Assembly: GCA_950097015.1 (NCBI GenBank)
Contig: CATNEN010000039.1
Span: forward strand, 6,138,001-6,202,000
Origin: Macrostomum hystrix
Lineage: Eukaryota; Animalia; Platyhelminthes
Direction: 5' to 3'
Length of the DNA stretch: 64,000 nucleotides
The notes under the pieces were generated by a model that was not told the DNA's origin, did no database searches, and saw only the letters and a list, made by a program, of their open reading frames with translations. Positions 12,265 to 24,783 of the stretch are shown piece by piece (the first letter of the stretch is position 1; every line of letters starts with the position of its first letter). The position numbers and the translations under genes were made by a program.

Positions 12265-13492
12265 TGAGATTGAGTCTGATGGATTGGTGAAGGGGTGAGA
12301 TTGAGTGTGATGGATTGGTGAAGGGGTGAGATTGAGTGTGATGGACTGGTGAAGGGATGAGATTGAGTGTGATGGATTGGTGAAGGGGTGAGATTGAGTG
12401 TGATGGACTGGTGAAGGGGTGAGATTGAGTGTGATGGATTGGTGAAGGGGTGAGATTGAGTGTGATGGATTGGTGAAGGGGTGAGATTGAGTGTGATGGA
12501 TTGGTGAAGGGGTGAGATTGAGTGTGATGGACTGGTGAAGGGGTGAGATTGAGTGTGATGGATTGGTGAAGGGGTGAGATTGAGTGTGATGGATTGGTGA
12601 AGGGGTGAGATTGAGTGTGATGGATTGGTGAAGGGGTGAGATTGAGTGTGATGGATTGGTGAAGGAGTGAGATTGAGTGTGATGGATTGGTGAAGGGGTG
12701 AGATTGAGTGTGATGGATTGGTGAAGGGGTGAGATTGAGTGTGATGGATTGGTGAAGGGGTGAGATTGAGTGTGATGGATTGGTGAAGGGGTGAGATTGA
12801 GTGTGATGGACTGGTGAAGGGGTGAGATTGAGTGTGATGGATTGGTGAAGGGGTGAGATTGAGTGTGATGGATTGGTGAAGGGGTGAGATTGAGTGTGAT
12901 GGATTGGTGAAGGGGTGAGATTGAGTGTGATGGATTGGTGAAGGGGTGAGATTGAGTGTGATGGATTGGTGAAGGGGTGAGATTGAGTGTGATGGACTGG
13001 TGAAGGGGTGAGATTGAGTGTGATGGATTGGTGAAGGGGTGAGATTGAGTGTGATGGATTGGTGAAGGGGTGAGATTGAGTGTGATGGATTGGTGAAGGG
13101 GTGAGATTGAGTGTGATGGATTGGTGAAGGAGTGAGATTGAGTGTGATGGATTGGTGAAGGGGTGAGATTGAGTGTGATGGATTGGTGAAGGGGTGAGAT
13201 TGAGTGTGATGGATTGGTGAAGGGGTGAGATTGAGTGTGATGGATTGGTGAAGGGGTGAGATTGAGTGTGATGGACTGGTGAAGGGGTGAGATTGAGTGT
13301 GATGGATTGGTGAAGGGGTGAGATTGAGTGTGATGGATTGGTGAAGGAGTGAGATTGAGTGTGATGGATTGGTGAAGGGGTGAGATTGAGTGTGATGGAT
13401 TGGTGAAGGGGTGAGATTGAGTGTGATGGAATGTGATGGGCTGAGATTGAGTGTGATGGACTGTGATGGGCTGAGATTGAGTGTGATGGACT
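12265..13492. repeat. 31-bp minisatellite (gagattgagtgtgatggattggtgaaggggt)
   Basis: Tandem copies. Confidence 0.97.
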
Positions 13493-13997
13493 GGCAACGC
13501 AAGTTGCTTACTATATCCCGCAGCTAATTTCAGTGGGCATTTGGAGATTAAGCAGCTGATCTAGCTATAAAAATTTCAGAACAGATACAGCTATAAATAT
13601 CAAAGCCTCGATACACGAAATTGTCTCGCCTCCCACTCACTCATGTTTAGCTACAATATACTAATCAAGTGCGCGCCAACTTTACAAAGAAGGAAACATA
13701 ATTGCCCTGTGAGAAGTCCAGGTGCATAATTCCTTGTCTAAGGGCAAAAAGTGACTGCCAATGTGCCTGCTCCGTTGCTTGCTAAGGTTAATTATCATCT
13801 TTAATGATCCTGGCTGATACAACTTGTTGGATAACTATAAGTTCGATACACTGGGTCACATTGTGCCCGAGCGCATTGGACAGAGGCTCATTGCTGACAT
13901 CTGCGTGAGCAATTCTCGGCGTGCAGCCAGTAGGAGCACAGCAGAGTTAATTCTGCGAGCTAATAATTATCGGCTTCATTTCCAAATTTGATGGGCC

Positions 13998-14004
13998 TAT
14001 AAAA
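13998..14004 (+). promoter_or_regulatory. TATA box of peptide gene A
   Basis: TATAAAA about 100 nt upstream of the ATG at 14099; AATAAA downstream at 14611-14616. Confidence 0.5.
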
Positions 14005-14098
14005 CACAGGTATTCGTCAATGGTCATAGTACAATTGAGTCAGTAGTACTTGTGTCAATAGAGAGATCAACTTGTTTGAATTATTGCTCTTCTAAGCC

Positions 14099-14463
14099 AT
14101 GACATTCAAGTCTTTCGTCTGCCTGGTTATCTTGACGTTGGCGGCAGAGAGTTTAAAAATCAGCCCTAGAATGCCACTGTCAATATTGGACCCTGACCAA
14201 CTCCATGCGGTAGGTTGTGATATGCCGTACATGCAGATATGTACACCGACAGGCTAGCAAATCGCAGCTAAAACACCCACAATGACCCTTGCCGCTTCCA
14301 GCTCGAGGAACGCTCGCCAGACACCTGGGAAGACGGCCCGGCTCGCAGCGAACAGCGAAGCACGGACGGTGCGTTGCTGGTGAAGCGGTTCTGGCCGAAA
14401 GTGAACCTGTGCAACGGCTTCTACCACCCGGCTGCTTGCTACGGCGTCCGGAAAGGCTCTTGA
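14099..14463 (+). CDS. Small secreted prepropeptide A (90 aa); exons 14099..14209 and 14302..14463
   Basis: MTFKSFVCLVILTLAAES (signal-like) LKISPRMPLSILDPDQLHA|LEERSPDTWEDGPARSEQRSTDGALLV-KR-FWPKVNLCNGFYHPAACYGV-RK-GS*. Phase-0 GT-AG intron of 92 nt; paralog at 48040. Confidence 0.85.
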
Positions 14464-14704
14464 AGAACTAATTAATAAGCAGGCATGCAGTCCAGTTTTT
14501 AAGTGTTTACATGCTTTCTGTACTGTGCAACCGCCTGGACAAGCAAAATAATAATGACAAACTCGAGGGCCAAACTCCGTTGTCTCTCAGTGTCTTCTGC
14601 ACTGTGCTAAAATAAAAGCGCTTGCGTTTTTCATAAATTTTTTTTTAAACTTAATTTTTAAACAAAAATTTAATCACAGGCAATTTTCACTTCAAGCAAG
14701 TAGA

Positions 14705-16042
14705 ATGTCAGTAGAATGTTATTTCTAGTAGACTGCAATTGTCAGTAGAAGACATGCAATTGTCAGTAGAAGGCAATTGTCAGTAGACTGCAATTGTCAG
14801 TAGACTGCAATTGTCAGTAGAAGGCAATTGTCAGTAGAAGGCAATTGTCAGTAGACTGCAATTGTCAGTAGAAGGCAATTGTCAGTAGAAGGCAATTGTC
14901 AGTAGACTGCAATTGTCAGTAGAAGGCAATTGTCAGTAGAAGGCAATTGTCAGTAGACGGCAATTGTCAGTAGAAGACAATTGTCAGTAGACGGCAATTG
15001 TCAGTAGACTGCAATTGTCAGTAGACGGCAATTGTCAGTAGAAGACAAATGTCAGTAGACGGCAATTGTCAGTAGACTGCAATTGTCAGTAGACTGCAAT
15101 TGTCAGTAGAAGGCAATTGTCAGTAGAAGGCAATTGTCAGTAGAAGGCAATTGTCAGTAGAAGGCAATTGTCAGTAGACTGCAATTGTCAGTAGAAGGCA
15201 ATTGTCAGTAGAAGGCAATTGTCAGTAGAAGGCAATTGTCAGTAGAAGGCAATTGTCAGTAGAAGGCAATTGTCAGTAGAAGGCAATTGTCAGTAGAAGG
15301 CAATTGTCAGTAGAAGGCAATTGTCAGTAGAAGGCAATTGTCAGTAGAAGGCAATTGTCAGTAGAAGGCAATTGTCAGTAGAAGGCAATTGTCAGTAGAA
15401 GGCAATTGTCAGTAGAAGGCAATTGTCAGTAGAAGGCAATTGTCAGTAGAAGGCAATTGTCAGTAGAAGGCAATTGTCAGTAGAAGGCAATTGTCAGTAG
15501 AAGGCAATTGTCAGTAGAAGGCAATTGTCAGTAGAAGGCAATTGTCAGTAGAAGGCAATTGTCAGTAGAAGGCAATTGTCAGTAGAAGGCAATTGTCAGT
15601 AGAAGACATGCAATTGTCAGTAGAAGACATGCAATTGTCAGTAGAAGACATGCAATTGTCAGTAGAAGACATGCAATTGTCAGTAGAAGACATGCAATTG
15701 TCAGTAGAAGACATGCAATTGTCAGTAGAAGACATGCAATTGTCAGTAGAAGACAATTGTCAGTAGAAGGCAATTGTCAGTAGAAGGCAATTGTCAGTAG
15801 AAGGCAATTGTCAGTAGAAGGCAATTGTCAGTAGAAGGCAATTGTCAGTAGAAGGCAATTGTCAGTAGAAGGCAATTGTCAGTAGAAGGCAATTGTCAGT
15901 AGAAGGCAATTGTCAGTAGAAGGCAATTGTCAGTAGAAGGCAATTGTCAGTAGAAGGCAATTGTCAGTAGAAGGCAATTGTCAGTAGAAGGCAATTGTCA
16001 GTAGAAGGCAATTGTCAGTAGAAGGCAATTGTCAGTAGACTG
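14705..16042. repeat. 17-bp minisatellite (ggcaattgtcagtagaa) with a block of 21-bp variants
   Basis: Tandem copies. Confidence 0.97.
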
Positions 16043-16274
16043 CCAAAGGTTTTCTTTTCAGGCAATTGACACCTGTCACATACAGGTGTGTTTCCTGCCC
16101 ATGCCTTTTAGAGTCAAGCATAGACTCTAAAGGAGAAAATTATTATTGAAAGAAGAATCTCACACTTTAGTAGCTGTTAAATAGAATACATTTTGTAACA
16201 ATTATATTTGATGATGCAATAAGCGCAGAATATCTGTAGGTAGTTATGAAATATGTGCTTAGCTCTGTCTGAGA

Positions 16275-19200
16275 CTAAGACTGAAGACACTGTGACAGAG
16301 TTTCTAAGAAAGCGGTCACATTGGGCGCCGGACACTCAAACGGGCGACTGGCCGGCAAAATTTCCACGAGGCGTCGAGTTGTAGACGGTCCGATAGAGAT
16401 AAGCTGAAAAAGAAATTAATCAATTCAGCATTAGCTTTGTCATTTTCCACAATGTATAGAGAAATATTTCGTCACCTTCAATTTGCCGAATGCGGCAGTG
16501 TCCAGCTGATTCAGCACCATAGTGGCAGCACTGGGACTAAAGAATGCCAAAATTAGTGCCTGCTGCGCTGATGGTTTCAGCGATGCGGTCTGAAAATACG
16601 AGGATGAGAAACGGGAGAGATGAGACACGGGTGAGATGAGACACGGGTGAGATGAGACACGGGTGAGATGAGACACGGGAGAGATGAGACACAGGTGAGA
16701 TGAGACACGGGTGAGATAAGACACGGGAGAGATAAGACACGGGAGAGATAAGACACGGGTGAGATAAGACACGGGAGAGATAAGACACGGGAGAGATAAG
16801 ACACAAGAGAGATGAGACACGGGTGAGATGAGACACAGGAGAGATATGACACGGATGAGATAAGACACGGGTGAGATGAGACATGGGAGAGATATGACAC
16901 GGATGAGATAAGACACGGGTGAGATGAGACATGGGAGGGATGAGACACAGGTGAGATGAGACACGGGTGAGATGAGACACGGGAGAGATAAGACAAAAGA
17001 GAGATGAGACACGGGAGAGATGAGACACGGGTGAGATGAGACACGGGAGAGATAAGACACAAGAGAGATGAGACACGGGTGAGATGAGACACAAGAGAGA
17101 TAAGACACGGGTGAGATAAGACACGGGTGAGATGAGACATGGGAGAGATGAGACACGGGAGAGATGAGACATGGAAGAGGTGAGAAACAGGAGAGATGAG
17201 ACATGGAAGAGGTGAGAAACTGGAGAGATGAGAAACTGGAGAGATGAGACACGGGAGAGATGAGACATGGAAGAGATGAGACATGAGAGAGATGAGACAC
17301 GGGTGAGATGAGACACGGGAGAGATGAGACATGGGTGAGATGAGACATGGAAGAGGTGAGAAACAGGAGATATGAGAAACGGGAGAGATGAGAAACGGGA
17401 GAGATAAGACAGGGGAGACAAGACAGGGGAGAGAAGAGACAAGGGCGAGATAACACACTGGAGAGATAGGAAAGACAGGACACACACACAAGACAGGAGA
17501 GATGAGACAGGAGAGATGAGACAGGAGAGAGATGAGACAGGAGAGAGATGAGACAGGAGAGAGATGAGACAGGAGAGGGATGATACAGGGGAGAGATGAG
17601 ACAGGGGAGAGATGAGACAGGAGAGAGATGAGACAGGAGAGAGATGAGACAGGAGAGAGATGAGACAGGAGAGATGAGACAGGAGAGAGATGAGACAGGA
17701 GAGATGAGACAGGAGAGAGATGAGACAGGAGAGATGAGACAGGAGAGAGATGAGACAGGAGAGATGAGACAGAGAGATGAGACAGGAGAGATGAGACAGG
17801 AGAGATGAGACAGGAGAGAGATGAGACAGGAGAGATGAGACAGGAGAGAGATGAGACAGGAGAGAGATGAGACAGGAGAGATGAGACAGAGAGATGAGAC
17901 AGGAGAGATGAGACAGGAGAGATGAGACAGGAGAGAGATGAGACAGGAGAGAGATGAGACAGGAGAGATGAGACAGAGAGATGAGACAGGAGAGATGAGA
18001 CAGGAGAGATGAGACAGGAGAGATGAGACAGGAGAGATGAGACAGGAGAGATGAGACAGGAGAGATGAGACAGGAGAGATGAGACAGGAGAGAGATGAGA
18101 CAGGAGAGAGATGAGACAGGAGAGAGATGAGACAGGAGAGATGAGACAGAGAGATGAGACAGGAGAGATGAGACAGGATAGATGAGACAGGAGAGAGATG
18201 AGACAGGAGAGATGAGACAGGAGAGAGATGATGAGACATCATGTGAGATTTGCATCCCGAGTTTGTTAATATCCGACTTCTATTAAAAGTTAAGACTGAA
18301 TTGGAAATCTGAGAATGATTTGAGCTCTAGGGAGAGTCTCGGGTTGTGAGTGACGGCTTGAAATGGGCGTGACAGAAGGATCGGGGGCGTGACTGAAGGA
18401 TCGGAGCTTGAGGCTCCTATTTTTGCACCTTCTCACTGAGCGTCACGTGTTACAACAGGCGCGGCACCTCACCAGCTGACGAATCTCCTCGCCTAGACTC
18501 TGCTTTTCCACAGCGTCATAGAGCTCCATCACTGTAAGACCGAATTGGGCCAGTCTTGACTCAACTGTGCTCTTGCGAACCCGGCCACAGGGGAACAGCA
18601 GACTGTGCGACTGTGAAGACTGGAGATCTGGAATTTTCACCGGGTGGAGGAGGGAGTTGTGGGCGAAGGAAAGGCAGTAGGAAGGGACAGAACTCAGGCT
18701 GGCTGACCTTGCTCGATCAGGTCGCACAGAGATTCAGCATTGCCGCACGCGGCGCCTCCACGCACCTCAGCAAAGCCGGCGACGGTGGCGGCGGCTTCGG
18801 CAGTTGCCGGGCCCACAGCGTAGCAGACGCGGCGCGCGCGATTCTGGCCCAGCCCGGCGGCGTAGAACTGCACAGCCCGCTTGCTAGTAAAGATAACAAT
18901 GCAGTTTTCATCCCAGAAATCCTCAACTGTTGATGTGCCGCCGTCAGGGCGACACGATGAAAATTCGTGCGGACTGAGAATGACGGCTCGGAGCTCGGCG
19001 GAAGAGAATTTCGATTGGACAGCCTTAGATTGGAGTGTTTGGGGCGGGCGTAGGAAGAGGTAAGGATATCTGATCTGGGGATGAGGTTTCCGCCGCATCT
19101 CTAGCCAATCAGAATGCCGTGACTCAGAGACCCTGGGTCACGTGCAGCGTGCAGCTTGGGGAGAGAAAATACCCGGGCTCGTGGGATCAGCGGAGTTCGT

Positions 19201-21647
19201 CTCTGAAGATCTGGCGGAATAGATAAGACAAAGGATGATGAGACAAAGAATGATAAGACAAAGGATGATGAGACAAAGGATGATGAGACAAAGGATGAGG
19301 AGACAAGGGTGATGAAACAAAGGATTATGAGACAAAGGATGATGAGACAAAGAATAGATGAGACAAAGGATGATGAAACAAAGGATTATGAGACAAAGTA
19401 TGATGAGACAAAGGATGATGAGACAAAGAATATATGAGACAAAGGATGATGAGACAAATGAGAGATGATACATGAGGACATGAGAGAGGGAGAGATGAGA
19501 CATGAGGAGATGAGACAGGATTATGAGACAAAGTATGATGAGACAAAGGATGATGAGACAAAGAATATATGAGACAAAGGATGATGAGACAAATGAGAGA
19601 TGATACATGAGGACATGAGAGAGGGAGAGATGAGGCATGAGGAGATGAGACAGAGGATTATGAGACAAAGGATGATGAGACAGAATAGATGAGACAAAGG
19701 ATGATGGAACAAAGGATTATGAGACAAAGGATGATGAGACAAAGTATGATGAGACAAATGAGAGATGATACATGAGGACATGAGAGAGGGAGAGATGAGA
19801 CATGAGGAGATGAGACAGAGGATTATGAGACAAAGGATGATGAGACAAAGAATAGATGAGACAGGATGATGGAACAAAGGATTATGAGACAAATGATGAT
19901 GAGACAAAGAATATACGAGACAAAAGATGATGAGACAAAGAATATATGAGACAAAGGATGATGAGACAAAGAATATATTAGACAAAGGATGATGAGACAA
20001 ATGAGAGATGAGACATGAGGAGATGAGACAGAGGATAGATGAGACGCAGAGTGAAGAGGAGAGAGTAGGTGTTTGAAGCGGCCTGATTTAGTATATCCTT
20101 ATCTAGACATTCAATAGTACAGGCTAGTAGATGAGACGGAAAACTTAAGGATCACAGATGACAGCGCTAAACTAGGACATTGTTTTCATTAGGTCAGGCA
20201 GAATCATGCTATTGGAAGGAAGGAAGATTTGCCGATTACCTCAAAGGCAGCCGCAGTGATCTTAATTAAACTCAGGTTGGACCAAGCAGGCTTACTGAAA
20301 TGGCTGCTATTAAGTACCTAATTTATAGGGTCTGATTACAATACGCCCAAATCTATGCCGTTTTGTAAGCCTCTAAATCTAGCTCATTTCTGTGTGACTT
20401 ATCACCTTAAAAGTGAAGGTTGCCGATCAAACAAAGCATATCCAGCATGGCAATCAGATAATACTGATGATGTTTATGAGCAGATTAAAGAGAGAGGGCG
20501 TGATTGCTGTGCATAGAGCAAACCTTTCACAATAACCATTAGATGATAGATTATACTATAAATTTTAGAAAGCCTGTACAGACCTTGATAACTTGATTAT
20601 CTTGATAGCTGAGTACTAACAATAATTAGATGACGAATCTAACATAGAGCAAGAAACAAACTTTCACCATGCAATCGACTAATGAGAGTTGAGGCTTCCA
20701 TCCCATGAAATTCCTAATCACCTTGGCTGATTACTCACCTTACCTACATCGTCACTTTATAGCCTGTCCTTTTACCCCCCTGCCATTCTATTCCCTCTCC
20801 TTCCCCGCCATTCCCTCTCCTTCCCCGCCAATCCCTCTCCTTCCCCGCCAATCCCTCTCCTTCCCCGCCAATCCCTCTCCTTCCCCGCCAATCCCTCTCC
20901 TTCCCCGCCATTCCCACTCCTTCCCGCCATTCCCACTCCTTCCCGCCATTCCCACTCCTTCCCGCCATTCCCACTCCTTCCCGCCATTCCCACTCCTTCC
21001 CGCCATTCCCACTCCTTCCCCGCCATTCCCTCTCCTTCCCCGCCATTTCCACTCCTTCCCCGCCATTCCCACTCCTTCCCCGCCATTCCCACTCCTTCCC
21101 CGCCATTCCCACTCCTTCCCGCAATTCCCACTCCTTCCCGCCATTCCCTCTCCATCCCACCATTCCCACTCCTTCCCCGCCATTCCCTCTCCTTCCCCGC
21201 CATTCCCACTCCTTCCCCGCCATTCCCACTCCTTCCCCGCCATTCCCACTCCTTCCCCGCCATTCCCACTCCTTCCCCGCCATTCCCACTCCTTCCCCGC
21301 CATTCCCACTCCTTCCCCGCCATTCCCACTCCTTCCCCGCCATGTCCACTCCTTCCCCGCCATTCCCACTCCTTCCCCGCCATTCCCACTCCTTCCCCGC
21401 CATTCCCACTCCTTCCCCGCCATGTCCACTCCTTCCCCGCCATTCCCTCTCCTTCCCCGCCATTCCCTCTCCTTCTCCGCCATTCCCACTCCTTCTCCGC
21501 CATTCCCTTTCCTTCTCCGCCATTCCCTCTCCTTCCATCCCCTTATAATTCATTCCAAGCCATTCCCTCTGCCATTTCCCTCACCTGCAGATAGGCGTCA
21601 TCAAGCGGGTCCTCCGCACTTTTAACAATAATCAGTTGAATCGGCAT
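16275..21647 (-). CDS. UROS: Uroporphyrinogen-III synthase (258 aa); exons 21647..21585, 19023..18708, 18627..18473, 16589..16476, 16403..16275
   Basis: N-terminus MPIQLIIVKSAEDPLDDAYLQ, then IFTSKRAV, YAVGPATA, GNAESL, LLFPCG, FFSPSA and ISIGPST. All introns GT-AG with consistent phases. The exon 2 acceptor could alternatively lie near 19074. Confidence 0.9.
16600..18240. repeat. Purine-rich GATGAGACA-core minisatellite (14-16-bp units) in a UROS intron
   Basis: Tandem degenerate copies. Confidence 0.95.
19220..20045. repeat. GATGAGACAAAG-type degenerate minisatellite in UROS intron 1
   Basis: Tandem degenerate copies with larger internal duplications. Confidence 0.9.
20790..21535. repeat. 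20-bp C-rich minisatellite (cattcccactccttccccgc) in UROS intron 1
   Basis: Tandem copies. Confidence 0.97.
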
Positions 21648-22063
21648 GAACTCGAAGCCCCTAAAGCATGGACTCAGTCAGCATTGGTCAGCAAAGTTTG
21701 GCAGGGTCTGTAAAAATAGCGTTAGGTTTTTATTATAATTAGTTATGCAAGTTATGCATATGCATGCACATAATTTAATAATTGAAAAATGTGCTAGTAA
21801 AAGTCAAAGTCCACAAACAAGGTCAACAAGTGCATTGAACAAATTCTGAACGAACGAACTGATTATGAATATTTCTTAGCATAAATTGAGCAAAAATGCT
21901 ATTAAATCGACACCAAATCGATACAAAAAATGCTCATCTTGAGAAAGAAAAATGTAAAAAAAACAGCGGAAACTGATGCAAAGCATGTGCCACACTGTGG
22001 TAGAACTGAGGGTAGAACAGAGGGGTAGAACTGAGGGGTAGAACTGAGGGGTAGAACTGAATG

Positions 22064-22464
22064 AGAGAGCTCAAAGAGTCAGTTTAGAGGGCCAGTGCAC
22101 CCTAGGCCAAATACAGAGAGCTCAAAGAGTCAGTTTAGAGGGCCAGTGCACCCTAGGCCAAATACAGAGAGCTCAAAGAGTCAGTTTAGAGGGCCAGTGC
22201 ACCCTAGGCAAAATACAGAGAGCTCGAAGAGTCAGTTTAGAGGGCCAGTGCACCCTAGGCCAAATACAGAGAGCTCAAAGAGTCAGTTTAGAGGGCCAGT
22301 GCACCCTAGGCAAAATACAGAGAGCTCGAAGAGTCAGTTTAGAGGGCCAGTGCACCCTAGGCAAAATACAGAGAGCTCAAAGAGTCAGTTTAGAGGGCCA
22401 GTGCACCCTAGGCCAAATACAGAGAGCTCAAAGTGTCAGTTTAGAGGGCCAGTGCACCCTAGGC
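22064..22464. repeat. 51-bp minisatellite overlapping the ZSWIM7 stop codon
   Basis: About 8 copies; the unit contains ccctaggc, which supplies the TAG at 22459-22461. Confidence 0.95.
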
Positions 22465-23001
22465 CTGCCGCAGCAGTTCGTCAAACTGGGCTTCTGTGAC
22501 GCTCTCCGGCCGGGTGATGCCGAGAGCGTCGGCCAGACGCAGCGCCAGGGCGTGCTTGCACATCGGCGCCTCGGCGCGGCGTACGACGCTAAGCCGGTGG
22601 GCGGGGCAGCCGCAGTACATGCGCTCTAGCAAACAGTAATAGACGGTGCCAGTGCTGCCAGCAATGCGGTGCAGCTGCCGACCTGACTGCCGGGCTCTGA
22701 TCAGCGTCATCAGGGAGGCCGTCGAGTTTGACGCCGCGTCTAAAAGCTCCAGCGCCGACGTCAGCAGAGTGTCGCCGAAGTGGTAGGCCAGACGCTCCAA
22801 TTGTTCGTCGGTTGGCCTGCCGCCAGTGCTGCTGATCTGCGAGCACACTTCGTTGAGGGTCCAGAAGGCCAGTCTCAGGCCGGGTGAAGGAACGTAATTG
22901 GCGGCCGTCACAACCGCTCCAGGCGCCTTTTTAGCTTTGTCCGCCTTGAACGAAGAGACCGTCGATCGATCGCAAATTGTAGCAACACTGTCAGGCAGTA
23001 C
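22459..23001 (-). CDS. ZSWIM7: SWIM zinc-finger protein 7 (SWS1, Shu complex); start codon not encoded in this exon
   Basis: YCGCPAHRLSVVRRAEAPMCKHALAL (CxC...CxH), SGRQLHRIAGSTG and LAYHFG...ALELLD match the ZSWIM7 pattern. The frame is open to 23010 with no ATG before mid-protein; phase-0 acceptor at 23002-23003. Confidence 0.85.
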   Translation of the reverse strand, partial: VLPDSVATICDRSTVSSFKADKAKKAPGAVVTAANYVPSPGLRLAFWTLNEVCSQISSTGGRPTDEQLERLAYHFGDTLLTSALELLDAASNSTASLMTLIRARQSGRQLHRIAGSTGTVYYCLLERMYCGCPAHRLSVVRRAEAPMCKHALALRLADALGITRPESVTEAQFDELLRQA

Positions 23002-23008
23002 CTGGTAA

Positions 23009-23953
23009 ATCTACCCAGGTGTTAAGGGTAGCAGCGCAATCTACCCAGGTGTTCATACTAGCAGCACAATCTACCCAGGTGTTCATACTTGCAGCACAAT
23101 CTACCCAGGTGTTCATACTTGCAGCACAATCTACCCAGGTGTTCATACTAGCAGCACAATCTACCCAGGTGTTCATACTTGCAGCACAATCTACCCAGGT
23201 GTTCATACTAGCAGCACAATCTACCCAGGTGTTCATACTAGCAGCACAATCTACCCAGGTGTTCATACTTGCAGCACAATCTACCCAGGTGTTCATACTA
23301 GCAGCACAATCTACCCAGGTGTTCATACTTGCAGCACAATCTACCCAGGTGTTCATACTTGCAGCACAATCTACCCAGGTGTTCATACTAGCAGCACAAT
23401 CTACCCAGGTGTTCATACTTGCAGCACAATCTACCCAGGTGTTCATACTTGCAGCACAATCTACCCAGGTGTTCATACTAGCAGCACAATCTACCCAGGT
23501 GTTCATACTAGCAGCACAATCTACCCAGGTGTTCATACTAGCAGCACAATCTACCCAGGTGTTCATACTAGCAGCACAATCTACCCAGGTGTTCATACTA
23601 GCAGCACAATCTACCCAGGTGTTCATACTAGCAGCACAATCTACCCAGGTGTTCATACTAGCAGCACAATCTACCCAGGTGTTCATACTAGCAGCACAAT
23701 CTACCCAGGTGTTCATACTAGCAGCACAATCTACCCAGGTGTTCATACTAGCAGCACAATCTACCCAGGTGTTCATACTTGCAGCACAATCTACCCAGGT
23801 GTTCATACTAGCAGCACAATCTACCCAGGTGTTCATACTTGCAGCACAATCTACCCAGGTGTTCATACTTGCAGCACAATCTACCAAGGTGTTCATACTA
23901 GCAGCACAATCTACCCAGGTGTTTATACTTGCAGCACAATCTACCCAGGTGTT
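23009..23953. repeat. 30-bp minisatellite (ctacccaggtgttcatactagcagcacaat), ~31 copies
   Basis: Tandem copies. Confidence 0.98.
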
Positions 23954-24444
23954 CTGTATAGCCAACAAAAACCGTGTAAGTTGAAGGATAAAAAATTAAT
24001 CAGTAAGACTTAAAAAAACAAAAAACGTTTGTAAGAATAAAAAGTAAATAGCACTGATTGATACTTTTATTGATGCATCTGATCATATAAAATTAAGACT
24101 TTCTTTGACAACATTTATTGAACATGGAATAAAAAAGTTAGTAATTACTGTACACGCAATTCTTACAGAAACAAATAAAGAACTGAGATTGAAAGTGAAT
24201 AACCCTCTTCTCACTTACAACAAAAATTATAAAGGATTTTAAATCTTGAAAGATAATCCGAATGTGAATAATGTTGAAAAATCCAAATAATTTAGATAAT
24301 GTTATAAAAACTGTTTATAGGAACAATTGTCACTGGTAAATCAATGAAATCATGACCAAATTAATATTAAACTATGCGAAGGTACTGCTTATTCGCCTCC
24401 TATTTATCGAAACTTAATAACAATTGGATTGCTAAACTAGATGC

Positions 24445-24712
24445 CCTCATCTATCCCGTATCTCAACTCCCCCGTGCCTTATCTCTCACGTCTCAACTCC
24501 CATCTCTCCCAACTCTCCCAAATCCCAACTCTCATCTCCTCCGTGTCTCATCTCCTACGTGTCTTATCTCCTCCGTGTCTTATCTCCTACGTGTCTTATC
24601 TCCTACGTGTCTCATCTCCTCCGTATCTTATCTCCGCCGTGTCTCATCTCCGCCGTGTCTCATCTCCTCCTTATCTTATCTCCGCCGTGTCTCAACTATC
24701 CTATCTCTCATC
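24445..24712. repeat. Degenerate gtgtctcatctcctcc minisatellite
   Basis: Reverse complement of the GATGAGACA family. Confidence 0.85.
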
Positions 24713-24783
24713 TTTCCAGCAATCCAAATCCGCACGAGAAACAGTATTTCTTTTCTCAATTAGCTCCGGTTGCTCAAGGTTCA

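Noticed and set aside
19024-19098. ATG 19098 as the UROS start
   Set aside because: The exon at 21647..21585 matches the conserved UROS N-terminus and splices in frame.
22952-22963. Minus-strand GACGGTCTCTT resembling part of a flatworm spliced leader as I recall it
   Set aside because: Only 11 nt, recalled from memory, with no terminal ATG/donor or Sm site; probably chance.
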